From Promethearchaeota archaeon (lineage in GTDB: Archaea; Asgardarchaeota; Lokiarchaeia; Sigyniarchaeales; SOKP01): a stretch of 16,154 nt of DNA. The translations under genes were made by a program, and so were the position numbers. The stretch is taken from positions 1 to 16,154 of the forward strand of contig JAEOTA010000070.1 of the NCBI GenBank assembly GCA_016840085.1, given 5' to 3'. Below are positions 8,780 to 16,154 of the stretch, in pieces. Position 1 is the first letter of the stretch; every line of letters begins with the position of its first letter. The notes beneath the pieces are model-generated. The model had not been told where the DNA came from. It saw nothing but the letters and a program-made list of their open reading frames with translations, and ran no database searches.

Positions 8780-9913
8780 ATGAGTTCTAGTAAAAAAAGA
8801 GATTACTATGAGGTTCTAGGGGTAAGTAAGGAGGCATCTTTAAACGATATTAAATTAGCATATCGTCGATTAGCCCGAAAACTACATCCCGATGTGAATA
8901 AGACGGACCCACAAGCAAAAGAAAAATTTATTGAAGTTCAAGAAGCTTATGAAGTATTGAGCGATGAAAACAAAAGGCGTAATTATGATCGTTTTGGACA
9001 CAGTGGTGTTCAAATTGATATGAGTGACATTTTCAGTGGAGGTATTCCTGGTATAAACGAACTTTTTCGATCGATTTTTGGTGAATTTAGTCCTTTTGGG
9101 GGTTTCGATGATTTTGGATTTAGCGGTTTTGGTTCAAGATCGAGGAGGAGAGCAGCACCTCGTCGTGAGGTAGGGCAAGATATTGAAGATCATATTGAAA
9201 TTAGTTTTGAAGAAGCTATGTTTGGGGTAAAAAAAGATGTTCTTATAGAAAGGTACACTCCCTGTGATGCCTGTGAAGGAACGGGAGCAGAAGACCCTTC
9301 AAGTATAACAACATGTCCAGAATGCCAAGGAACAGGGAGGATAAGAAAAATGACACAGTCTGGATTTGGAACTATTATTCGCGAAGCAGGGTGTAATAGA
9401 TGCAACGGTTCTGGAAAAATAATTGAAAAGAAATGTAAGGTTTGTAACGGTTCAAAAATAGTTCCTGAACAAAAAACGATTCATGTAGAGATTCCACCAG
9501 GAATAGAAGATGGAATTCATTTAAAGGTTCAAGGTGCTGGTCATGTGCCCTCTGTTAATGCTATTCCAGGTGATCTTTATTTAGGTATTCGAATAGAAGA
9601 TAATGAAAATTTTATACGTCGAGGAAATGATCTTTATACTCCTATTGATGTAGATATTATCACAGCAATAGTAGGGGGAAAAATTAATGTTCCAACTTTA
9701 GATCATAAAGAAAAGAAAACAACTGAAAAAGAACTAACTATACCGCCTGGAACTCAACCTGGTACAGAATTTCGGATAAAAAATAGAGGAATCACTTATT
9801 TACGGGGAAGAGGTAGAGGAGACCAGTATGTAATAGTGAATATTGAAATACCTAAAAAAATTTCAGAGAAACAAAAAGAATTGTTATTGAAATTTCGAGA
9901 ATTGAACAAATAG
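8780..9913 (+). CDS. dnaJ: Class A DnaJ chaperone
   Basis: J domain with HPD, G/F-rich region, four CxxCxGxG-type repeats and C-terminal domain. Confidence 0.97.
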   Translation: MSSSKKRDYYEVLGVSKEASLNDIKLAYRRLARKLHPDVNKTDPQAKEKFIEVQEAYEVLSDENKRRNYDRFGHSGVQIDMSDIFSGGIPGINELFRSIFGEFSPFGGFDDFGFSGFGSRSRRRAAPRREVGQDIEDHIEISFEEAMFGVKKDVLIERYTPCDACEGTGAEDPSSITTCPECQGTGRIRKMTQSGFGTIIREAGCNRCNGSGKIIEKKCKVCNGSKIVPEQKTIHVEIPPGIEDGIHLKVQGAGHVPSVNAIPGDLYLGIRIEDNENFIRRGNDLYTPIDVDIITAIVGGKINVPTLDHKEKKTTEKELTIPPGTQPGTEFRIKNRGITYLRGRGRGDQYVIVNIEIPKKISEKQKELLLKFRELNK

Positions 9914-9944
9914 AGTTCTCTATACAATTCAAGAAAACCTAAAA

Positions 9945-10475
9945 TTGAAACCTAAAATTCTTATTACAGGACCACCTAGATGTGGTAAAAGTACACTAAT
10001 TTCTGAATTATTAGATTATTTTTTTAACAAGAATTATACAATTCATGGATTTTTAACTCCTGAAGTGAGGGAAGAAGGGAAAAGAATCGGTTTTGATATA
10101 AAAGATATATATTCAGAAGAGCGTGGAAAACTAGCGCGAATCGGTAATTTTGACACTTATCATAAATTAGGAAAATACTCAGTATTTGTTGGAGAACTCG
10201 AGGAAATGATATCAAAGTTGGAAACTATTGAATTTAAAGAGATAGATTTATTAGTTATTGACGAGATAGGAAAAATGGAGCTGTATTCCAAAAAATTTAA
10301 AAATTTTATTAGAAATATATTTTCTTCAGATGTTTCCATTTTAGCTACAATTGGATTAAAACTAAAACATCCAATCAAAGATTTTATTTTAAATCTTCCA
10401 AATGTAAGCATTTTTAGTTTAAATCGCCAAAATTTTCAGGTAACTTATCAAAAAATAGTTTCTAAGATTCTATAA
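9945..10475 (+). CDS. THEP1/NTPase_1-family nucleoside triphosphatase
   Basis: Walker A GPPRCGKST, GFLTPEVREEGKRIGF, Walker B VIDEIGKME. Confidence 0.92.
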   Translation: MKPKILITGPPRCGKSTLISELLDYFFNKNYTIHGFLTPEVREEGKRIGFDIKDIYSEERGKLARIGNFDTYHKLGKYSVFVGELEEMISKLETIEFKEIDLLVIDEIGKMELYSKKFKNFIRNIFSSDVSILATIGLKLKHPIKDFILNLPNVSIFSLNRQNFQVTYQKIVSKIL

Positions 10476-10689
10476 TTAATTTTTAAACACTATATTGGAA
10501 GAATTAAAAATTATATTAAGCCTTAATATTTATATTAGAAGAGGTTTATAACATTAAGCAGAATGTTCTAAATTAATTATACATCTTTATAAATGTATAT
10601 TTTTAGGCGTTTCTTTTCCTAAAAATTTAAATTAACATTAATTTTATTTTAATAATTAGAATACCGAGTAATACTTTTAAAAGGTATTT

Positions 10690-10815
10690 ATGGGATTTAT
10701 GAAATTTAAATGCGATAATTGCGGTCATGAATTTGATTCAGATGATTTTCCAGATGAGGAATTTAAATGTCCAGGATGTGGAGGAGAGGATTGCTCTTTT
10801 ACTCTTTTAGAATGA
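10690..10815 (+). CDS. Small rubredoxin-like/zinc-ribbon protein, 41 aa (not in ORF track)
   Basis: MGFMKFKCDNCGHEFDSDDFPDEEFKCPGCGGEDCSFTLLE*, with CxxCG...CPxCG. Alternative ATG at 10699. Confidence 0.8.
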   Translation: MGFMKFKCDNCGHEFDSDDFPDEEFKCPGCGGEDCSFTLLE

Positions 10816-10928
10816 GTGGTTTTTACTTCATATTTCATATTACCGTTTAAGTATTGTATTCTTATAAATAATAGTTGATTTAAACTGATTAAAATTACAT
10901 TTTTATAAGAAAATTGGAGAGAATAATA

Positions 10929-11065
10929 ATGAATGTAATCAAGAAGTTAGAAATAATTCTTGCACTTGTATTTATGAGTGCCATCGAAGAGATAAATGTT
11001 GCGAGTGTATTGAATATCATCTTTCAATGAACTAATTATCAAGATTTGTTTTTGCTGCGAATGAG
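10929..11065 (+). pseudogene. DUF6485-like Cys-rich small protein, degraded
   Basis: ECNQEVRNNSCTCIYECHRRDKCCECIEYHLSMN*LSRFVF matches CxCxY-C-R-x2-CCEC-x2-YH. ATG 10929 is out of frame by one base and TAA lies at 11033-11035. Confidence 0.6.
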
Positions 11066-11188
11066 AATTATTATTCTCATAGAAAGATTTTTATATTTAC
11101 CTTCTTATTTAATTAAAATGTTAATCCAATTTACTATAAAAAAAATAATTATTCTTAAAAACAAAAATTTAATTATGGAGGGATTAAA

Positions 11189-11950
11189 ATTTCGATAGAA
11201 GGGACTATAATTGCTGTAGTTGTTGGCGTTATCCTATTTTTTGTTGCTATATGGCTCTTAACAGGATTCAAAACAGCGACAGAATATAACAGGCTCATAA
11301 TTTTTCGATTTGGTAGATATAAAAGAACTATTGGACCGGGCATTGTCTATGTATTACCTCTTATGGAAAAATCGGTAAGTATTGATATAAGAATTAAAAC
11401 ATTGGATATAGCTAAGCAAGACATAATCACTAGAGATAACATACCTGTTACCGCAGATACCAGTGTTTTTTATAAAGTAATCAACCCGCAATACGCAACT
11501 ACCAAGATTGAGAATCATGTCAGAGCTGTATTCAATTACACTCAAGGAGCTTTAAGGGACGTCATTGGAAGTATGGAATTAGACGAAGTGTTAACTCAAA
11601 GAGAAAAAATTTCACACGAAATACGGAAAGTAGTCGATGAAGAGACTAGAGAATGGGGTATTGAAATTAGTCAAATTAAGATACAGCAGATATCATTACC
11701 AGAAAATATGAAACGGGCAATGGCAGTACAAGCTGAAAAAGAACGTGAAAAACGTGCTACAATTATTGCGTCAGAAGGAGAATATGAAGCAGCACAAAAT
11801 ATTGCAAAAGCAGCAGAATTATTATCAAAACATCCAGCAGCAATCCAATTAAGGACACTACAAACAGTTCAAGATATTTCTCATGAACCATCTCAAAAGA
11901 TTGTAATATTTATGCCATCTGATATAGGTTCTTTACTGAAAAAATTATAA
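11189..11950 (+). CDS. SPFH/band-7 (stomatin-like) membrane protein; true start is upstream of the ORF-track call at 11363
   Basis: In-frame extension ISIEGTIIAVVVGVILFFVAIWLLTGFKTATEYNRLIIFRFGRYKRTIGPGIVYVLPLM supplies the TM and the conserved RFG...GPG. Core motifs IDIRIKT, ITRDN, LRDVIG, WGIEI and RAMAVQAE. Confidence 0.9.
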   Translation: MSIEGTIIAVVVGVILFFVAIWLLTGFKTATEYNRLIIFRFGRYKRTIGPGIVYVLPLMEKSVSIDIRIKTLDIAKQDIITRDNIPVTADTSVFYKVINPQYATTKIENHVRAVFNYTQGALRDVIGSMELDEVLTQREKISHEIRKVVDEETREWGIEISQIKIQQISLPENMKRAMAVQAEKEREKRATIIASEGEYEAAQNIAKAAELLSKHPAAIQLRTLQTVQDISHEPSQKIVIFMPSDIGSLLKKL

Positions 11951-12074
11951 TTGTGATATAATTCTTTAAAAATAAAATCTAATATTTTTTTTTTATTTTT
12001 ACATGCTTTAGAAAAGAGTAAAAAACTATTTAATTATTTTAATAAAATTATTATTTGAATAAATTAGAAAAAAA

Positions 12075-13115
12075 ATGGTAATTGAAATGAAAGAAACAGT
12101 CAAGAATTTGATGCAAGCTTTTGTCTATGAATCACAAGCGCGAAATCGGTATGAATTATATTCAAAAACTGCTAGAAATGAAGGTTTAATGTTGTTCTCA
12201 AGATTTTTTGAAGAGATAGCAGATCAAGAAAGAGAACACGCAACTTGGAATTATTTATTACTCCAAAGACTGAAGAAGGATGAGATCTTTGGAAATTTAA
12301 AGGTTGAAATTGAGAGTACTACTGTATATGGTACAACTATCGAGAATTTAAAATCCGCTATTAAAGAAGAAGCTTTTGAATTTCGCGAGATGTATCCAAA
12401 TTTTGCCTCAATAGCAAAAGAAGAAGGATATTATGAAATTGCTAAAAAAATAAACGATATTGTGAAAATTGAAAGAAATCATTTTAATCGATTACAAATG
12501 CTTTTACAACTAGCGAAAGATGATAGTTTACTTAAACGTAGTAAAATAAATGTATGGAAATGTATAGAATGTGGATTTGAAGTTCCTAGAGATGAACTAC
12601 CTGATAATTTTCAATGTCCTTCATGCAAGCATTTTAAACCTTATTTTCAGAAACACGTTTTAACGTTAGTTCAAGAAGATGATGCAGAAAAAATACTTTG
12701 GATTTGTATGGAATGTGGATATGAAGTTGTAATGAATGAATTACCAGATAATTTTCAATGTCCTTCGTGCAATCGCTCGAAAGTTTATTTTAGAAGAAGA
12801 TCTTTGAAACCTGATCATTATAAGGTATCTGTCAAAGAAGCTGAAAAAGCCATATGGAAATGTATAGAATGTGGATATGAAGTTGTAATGAATGAATTAC
12901 CAGATAAGTTTCAATGTCCTTCATGTAATCGTTCGAAAGCCTACTTCAGAAGAAAAGCTTCAAAACCGCTAAAATATGATGTATCCTTGAAACAAGCCGA
13001 AAAAGATGCCGAAAAAGCCATTTGGATCTGTTTAGAATGTGGCAACGAAGAAGAAGTCGATATGCCAGAAGGGTGGAAATGTCCTATGTGCGGTTATCCT
13101 AATACTAAAAGATAA
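12075..13115 (+). CDS. Rubrerythrin with four tandem C-terminal rubredoxin-like domains
   Basis: Diiron ligand motifs ESQA..RY, EREH, EEAFE..MY and ERNH, followed by four WxCxECG...CPxC units. Confidence 0.9.
   Translation: MVIEMKETVKNLMQAFVYESQARNRYELYSKTARNEGLMLFSRFFEEIADQEREHATWNYLLLQRLKKDEIFGNLKVEIESTTVYGTTIENLKSAIKEEAFEFREMYPNFASIAKEEGYYEIAKKINDIVKIERNHFNRLQMLLQLAKDDSLLKRSKINVWKCIECGFEVPRDELPDNFQCPSCKHFKPYFQKHVLTLVQEDDAEKILWICMECGYEVVMNELPDNFQCPSCNRSKVYFRRRSLKPDHYKVSVKEAEKAIWKCIECGYEVVMNELPDKFQCPSCNRSKAYFRRKASKPLKYDVSLKQAEKDAEKAIWICLECGNEEEVDMPEGWKCPMCGYPNTKR
12555..13100 (+). repeat. Intragenic tandem repeats encoding rubredoxin-like domains
   Basis: Trp codons open the units at 12555, 12699, 12855 and 13023. 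Units 2 and 3 share gaatgtggatatgaagttgtaatgaatgaattaccagataa exactly. Confidence 0.9.
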
Positions 13116-13767
13116 TATTAAATTCTAAATTTTAGATTTAATGCTTCAAAATAATTTTAGACAGAATTGAGACATTATGAATCTCACCTTTTCTAGTTTT
13201 TAATAATAAGTTTTTAGATAGATACTAAGTAAGAACAAATAAGGTATTATTTATTGAAAGAGGTTGATGATTTTCTGATTTGGGTAAATTTATCACAAAT
13301 AAAGAGTCTGACTTTGAAAATCATATAGTATATTACAAAGTATAGATAAAAATCTCTTTACAAAAGGCGTTAACTTAATTATATCAAAAGAAATAATTCA
13401 AAATCTTTAATTTCTTATGAAGAGGATAAGAATAAGATAATTGGGCGCGGACATTTTGCATTCTCCATTTTTTTAAGGTGTGAACTAAACGAATCGTATA
13501 TATATTCGAATTTAATAGATTTCAAAGTGCTCCATAAAATGGGGCTACTAATGAATATTTGGAAAGACATTATCATAATAGAACTGATCAATTTTATATA
13601 GTCAACAGGGTTGTTTATACTTCAGGTGATGGTGATGATTTTGAAATTTATGACTCCCAAGGTTGTTATAAATTAGTTTTCGAATATTTCACAAAAGGTA
13701 GTCACAAAAAGTAGTTGACAAGATTATTGCAGAATTATCCACTATAGAGGTTGAGACTGATATTGAT

Positions 13768-15177
13768 GTGGAAGGAATGACTCCTCTTCATTATGCATTG
13801 TGGTATATTAAGACTCATAACGATATTTATTCTCGAAGTTTTAAGAAATTACTTCCGCATATTAAAAATCTAGATAAGTCAAGTTTCCGTCTTCCTTCAG
13901 AACGTGATCCTTTTATCAGACAAAATATAATAGAGGAATACAATCAAATGGTAATTTCTGGACACGTGCCTCGTTTAGTTTATACCGTGGTTCAGAAGAA
14001 AGATTTTAAGGGGATTCCATTATCAAGACCTCCATTATATATCGGAATTACAAAAGCAGGTGGTGACCCTATCCACAAATATGCCAGATGGCGTACTCAT
14101 AAAGAAGCTTCTTATAGGCGTTATCATTTTCTAAAGTTACATGATTTAGGTCTATTAGATTTTAATATTAGAAGATGTGTAAGGCTTTTAATTGCAAGAG
14201 ATGGCATTACATACCCTCAGGCGTTTGCAAGAGTTGATGAGTATTTTGAGTTTATTCCTTTTGATATTGCCACTTCTGATCGAGAATTATTTGATCTTGA
14301 AGAATTTTTCCAAATATATATAAATCGAGAGAATAATTTTCGAGGGTGGGATTTGAGGATTAATATGGAGTTTAATAGAAAGATTGGTGGCTCACGTCAA
14401 TTAGGAGTCTCGATTAGCAGAGCTCATTTAGAATCATTAATGGAAATAGGTCTAAGGGCGATTGATATTGCTTATGTGCTTAATATGGATGAACACATTC
14501 TTTATGACCATTTATCGCTATATTGGCCAGATAAAAGTTATAAAGATATTCAGACTGAATTAATGGGTGATTTTGTGTTCGGTTTATTTGAGAAAGGATT
14601 CAGTTTTGATGAAATTCGAAAATATTATCTTATGAAAGGTACCTTTCATTGGAGCTCATTTAAGGTATCATCTGGGATTAATTTAGAATTAAAATCTTAT
14701 TATGACGTTGCCAAGGATTATAAGCCTTTATACAGGCGTCTTTCTTCTTATTATGTTAAATCATTATATCAAGTTAGAGCTGATAATTATTTTAAGCCGT
14801 TAATGATATCTTTATATCGAGAAGGTCATATTACAAGGTATCAATTGATTGATGATTTAGCACAGGAACATCTTGAGAGAAGTGGACAGAGTTCGAATCC
14901 TGTAATATTAGCTTTCTTTTGGCTCCAAGAATTAGTTTTAAAGTTGGAAATAGATTTAATGATTATAGATGGTTTGGGATATTCAGATATGGTAATTCAA
15001 TTGGGGCTTTTACAGCCTGATTATACAGCTAAAGACCGTCGTTTAATGTATAGACATATGGAGAGATTAGTTAAACGTATATATGGGAATGTATCTCTTG
15101 ATTATTTAACTGTTTTACTTAAGTCACGTTATTTAGGAGATTTAACAGGTCGACTAAATTTCTATAGTCCAGTTTAG
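13768..15177 (+). CDS. GIY-YIG nuclease-like protein with C-terminal HTH-like modules
   Basis: LVY...LYIGIT...RWRTH...DLEEFF...FNRKIGG follows the GIY-YIG order (Y, YIG, R, H, E, N). LMEIGLRAIDIAYVLNMDEHILYDHL is HTH-like, with weaker echoes at LFEKGFSFDEI and MIIDGLGYSDM. Confidence 0.65.
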   Translation: MEGMTPLHYALWYIKTHNDIYSRSFKKLLPHIKNLDKSSFRLPSERDPFIRQNIIEEYNQMVISGHVPRLVYTVVQKKDFKGIPLSRPPLYIGITKAGGDPIHKYARWRTHKEASYRRYHFLKLHDLGLLDFNIRRCVRLLIARDGITYPQAFARVDEYFEFIPFDIATSDRELFDLEEFFQIYINRENNFRGWDLRINMEFNRKIGGSRQLGVSISRAHLESLMEIGLRAIDIAYVLNMDEHILYDHLSLYWPDKSYKDIQTELMGDFVFGLFEKGFSFDEIRKYYLMKGTFHWSSFKVSSGINLELKSYYDVAKDYKPLYRRLSSYYVKSLYQVRADNYFKPLMISLYREGHITRYQLIDDLAQEHLERSGQSSNPVILAFFWLQELVLKLEIDLMIIDGLGYSDMVIQLGLLQPDYTAKDRRLMYRHMERLVKRIYGNVSLDYLTVLLKSRYLGDLTGRLNFYSPV

Positions 15178-15197
15178 TTTTTATACTTTAATTACTA

Positions 15198-15228
15198 TTT
15201 TTTTTATTTTTTTTAATTATTTTTTTTT
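15198..15228 (+). terminator. Triple oligo-T terminator of the GIY-YIG gene
   Basis: T8, T8 and T9 tracts starting 21 nt after the stop. Confidence 0.5.
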
Positions 15229-15320
15229 ATTACCTTATAATTAGGTCGTTTTTTAGGTAAATTACCCTTTTTTTATTACTTATGACTATTCAGGTTATAT
15301 TGAGAAAAATTACTTTAAAT

Positions 15321-15651
15321 TGACACCTTGAGCTTATACCCGCCCTTCTGTCTACTACTTTCGTCGCCAAAAGTAGGATTGAGCATCCAACTATGCGGCC
15401 TACCTAAAGCTCGTTCCAAGTGCCTCATAGCTTTCATTTGGCCTTGCACCAAGGTCTGATCCGTTCCAACCATTCCCTCCTACAATTTCTCTGGCTTATT
15501 TCCAAGTCATTAATATCTGTAAGAAGGTAGTGTCGTTTCAGTTATCAGATTATGGTTTTCACCATAGTAGTTTTCTACACCTTGCTTGGAGTGTGGGGCG
15601 AAGTTCCTCAGCGAGTCAAGCCCACCGTCAGCTCAACAGCTCAATGTGTCA
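15321..15651 (-). ncRNA. rnpB: RNase P RNA, archaeal type A, complete
   Basis: Manual folding of the minus strand: P1 UGACACaUUGAGCU/AGCUCAAgGUGUCA; P2 UUGAGC/GCUCAA; CR-I GAGGAACUUCGCCC pairs with CR-V ACAGAAGGGCGGGU (P4 with bulged U); P6 UCCAAG/CUUGGA; P7 CAAGGU/ACCUUG; P8; P9 with GAAA loop; ACUGAAACGACAC; GUGCAAGGCCAAAU; L15 GGU; P16; P19 with GCGA loop; no P18. Confidence 0.95.
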
Positions 15652-15671
15652 TGTTATATAATTTTTTTTCT

Positions 15672-15687
15672 TTATTAAATCCTTCTG
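15672..15687 (-). promoter_or_regulatory. Candidate BRE/TATA for the complete rnpB
   Basis: Minus-strand CAGAAGGA-TTTAATAA, with the TATA-like element starting 28 nt before P1. AT-rich context makes this weak. Confidence 0.35.
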
Positions 15688-15990
15688 TACTGACACTCGT
15701 CACCAAGCGTCAGTTGGAGCATCCAATTATGCAGCCTACCTAAAGCTCGTTCCAAGTGCCTCATAGCTTTCATTTGGCCTTGCACCAAGGTTTTAGCTCG
15801 TTCCAACCATTCCCTCCTTCAATTTCTCTGGCTTATTTCCAAGTCATCAATATGTGTAAGAAGGCAGTGTCGTTTCAGTTGCTAAAATATGGTTCTCACC
15901 ACAGTAGTTTCCTACGCTTTGCTTGGAGTGTGAGGCGATATTCCTCAGCAGGTTAAACCCACCCTCAGCACCATATCTCACTTGTGTAAT
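15681..15990 (-). pseudogene. rnpB: Second, diverged RNase P RNA gene lacking the 3' strands of P4 and P1
   Basis: Colinear with the complete copy (offset ~336 nt, roughly 85% identical by manual count, 58-nt exact match 15398-15455/15734-15791). Ends at ACAGAAGG and runs into AT-rich spacer. Confidence 0.88.
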
Positions 15991-16154
15991 TCCTTAAGAA
16001 ATATGGATAAATACAAATATAAAATTAAAAAAAAACTTAATTGTTGAACCACACTCACCCGACAAAATCAATACGGGCGCGTCCTCATGATAGAAAGATT
16101 TATCTTTGTGAAAACCTTATTATAATTAATGCCAGCAAAACCTTCCGATATAGA

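Noticed and set aside
7762-10411. Short ORFs 7762-7980, 8322-8555, 8392-8580, 9190-9405, 10024-10215, 10160-10411
   Set aside because: Antisense shadows of the SDR, dnaJ and NTPase genes.
10513-10529. Inverted repeat ATATTAAG-C-CTTAATAT
   Set aside because: Plausible by chance in very AT-rich spacer, with no second copy seen.
930-11545. ORFs 930-1127, 3012-3233 and 11354-11545
   Set aside because: Alternate-frame or antisense overlaps of better-supported genes.
15552-15956. ORFs 15552-15743 and 15756-15956 (+)
   Set aside because: Antisense to the RNase P RNA copies, with no protein-like features.
15344-15990. Repeat pair as a DGR template/variable region or CRISPR array
   Set aside because: Differences are not adenine-specific, no reverse transcriptase is in the window, and there are no repeat-spacer units. 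RNase P structure explains the pair.
15321-15990. Domain-swapped ribozyme using the upstream copy's 5' strands and the downstream copy's 3' strands
   Set aside because: Cross-pairing in P1 is poor and P4 would need several wobbles, so the complete copy's own pairing is much better.
16040-16154. Slightly GC-richer segment at the window edge, possibly a gene end on the minus strand
   Set aside because: Too short to assign, with no recognisable motif.

Overview
AT-rich archaeal DNA, very probably Asgard/Lokiarchaeia: there is a Loki-CTERM-type IPGY-TM-basic tail, an archaeal type A RNase P RNA and oligo-T terminators. Apparently intact genes: secreted CTERM protein (5'-partial), small membrane protein, ParB-like protein, alpha/alpha-barrel membrane protein, alpha/beta hydrolase with Ser->Ala at the nucleophile elbow, SDR, dnaJ, THEP1-type NTPase, a 41-aa rubredoxin-like protein missed by the ORF track, an SPFH protein, a rubrerythrin with four tandem rubredoxin-like domains, and a GIY-YIG/HTH protein. 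The spacers hold many gene relics (metK 3' end, RNase J-like MBL 5' end, PfkB 3' end, a duplicated ParB-like 3' end, broken SnoaL, T5orf172 and DUF6485-like genes). The most notable structure is at the right end: two tandem RNase P RNA genes on the minus strand. One is complete (15321-15651). The other is diverged with compensatory base-pair changes but stops at the conserved ACAGAAGG (15681-15990). A free-standing GIY-YIG endonuclease-like gene converges on them, which suggests, without proving, an rnpB-replacing mobile cassette. All family calls come from motif recognition by eye; no database searches were run.
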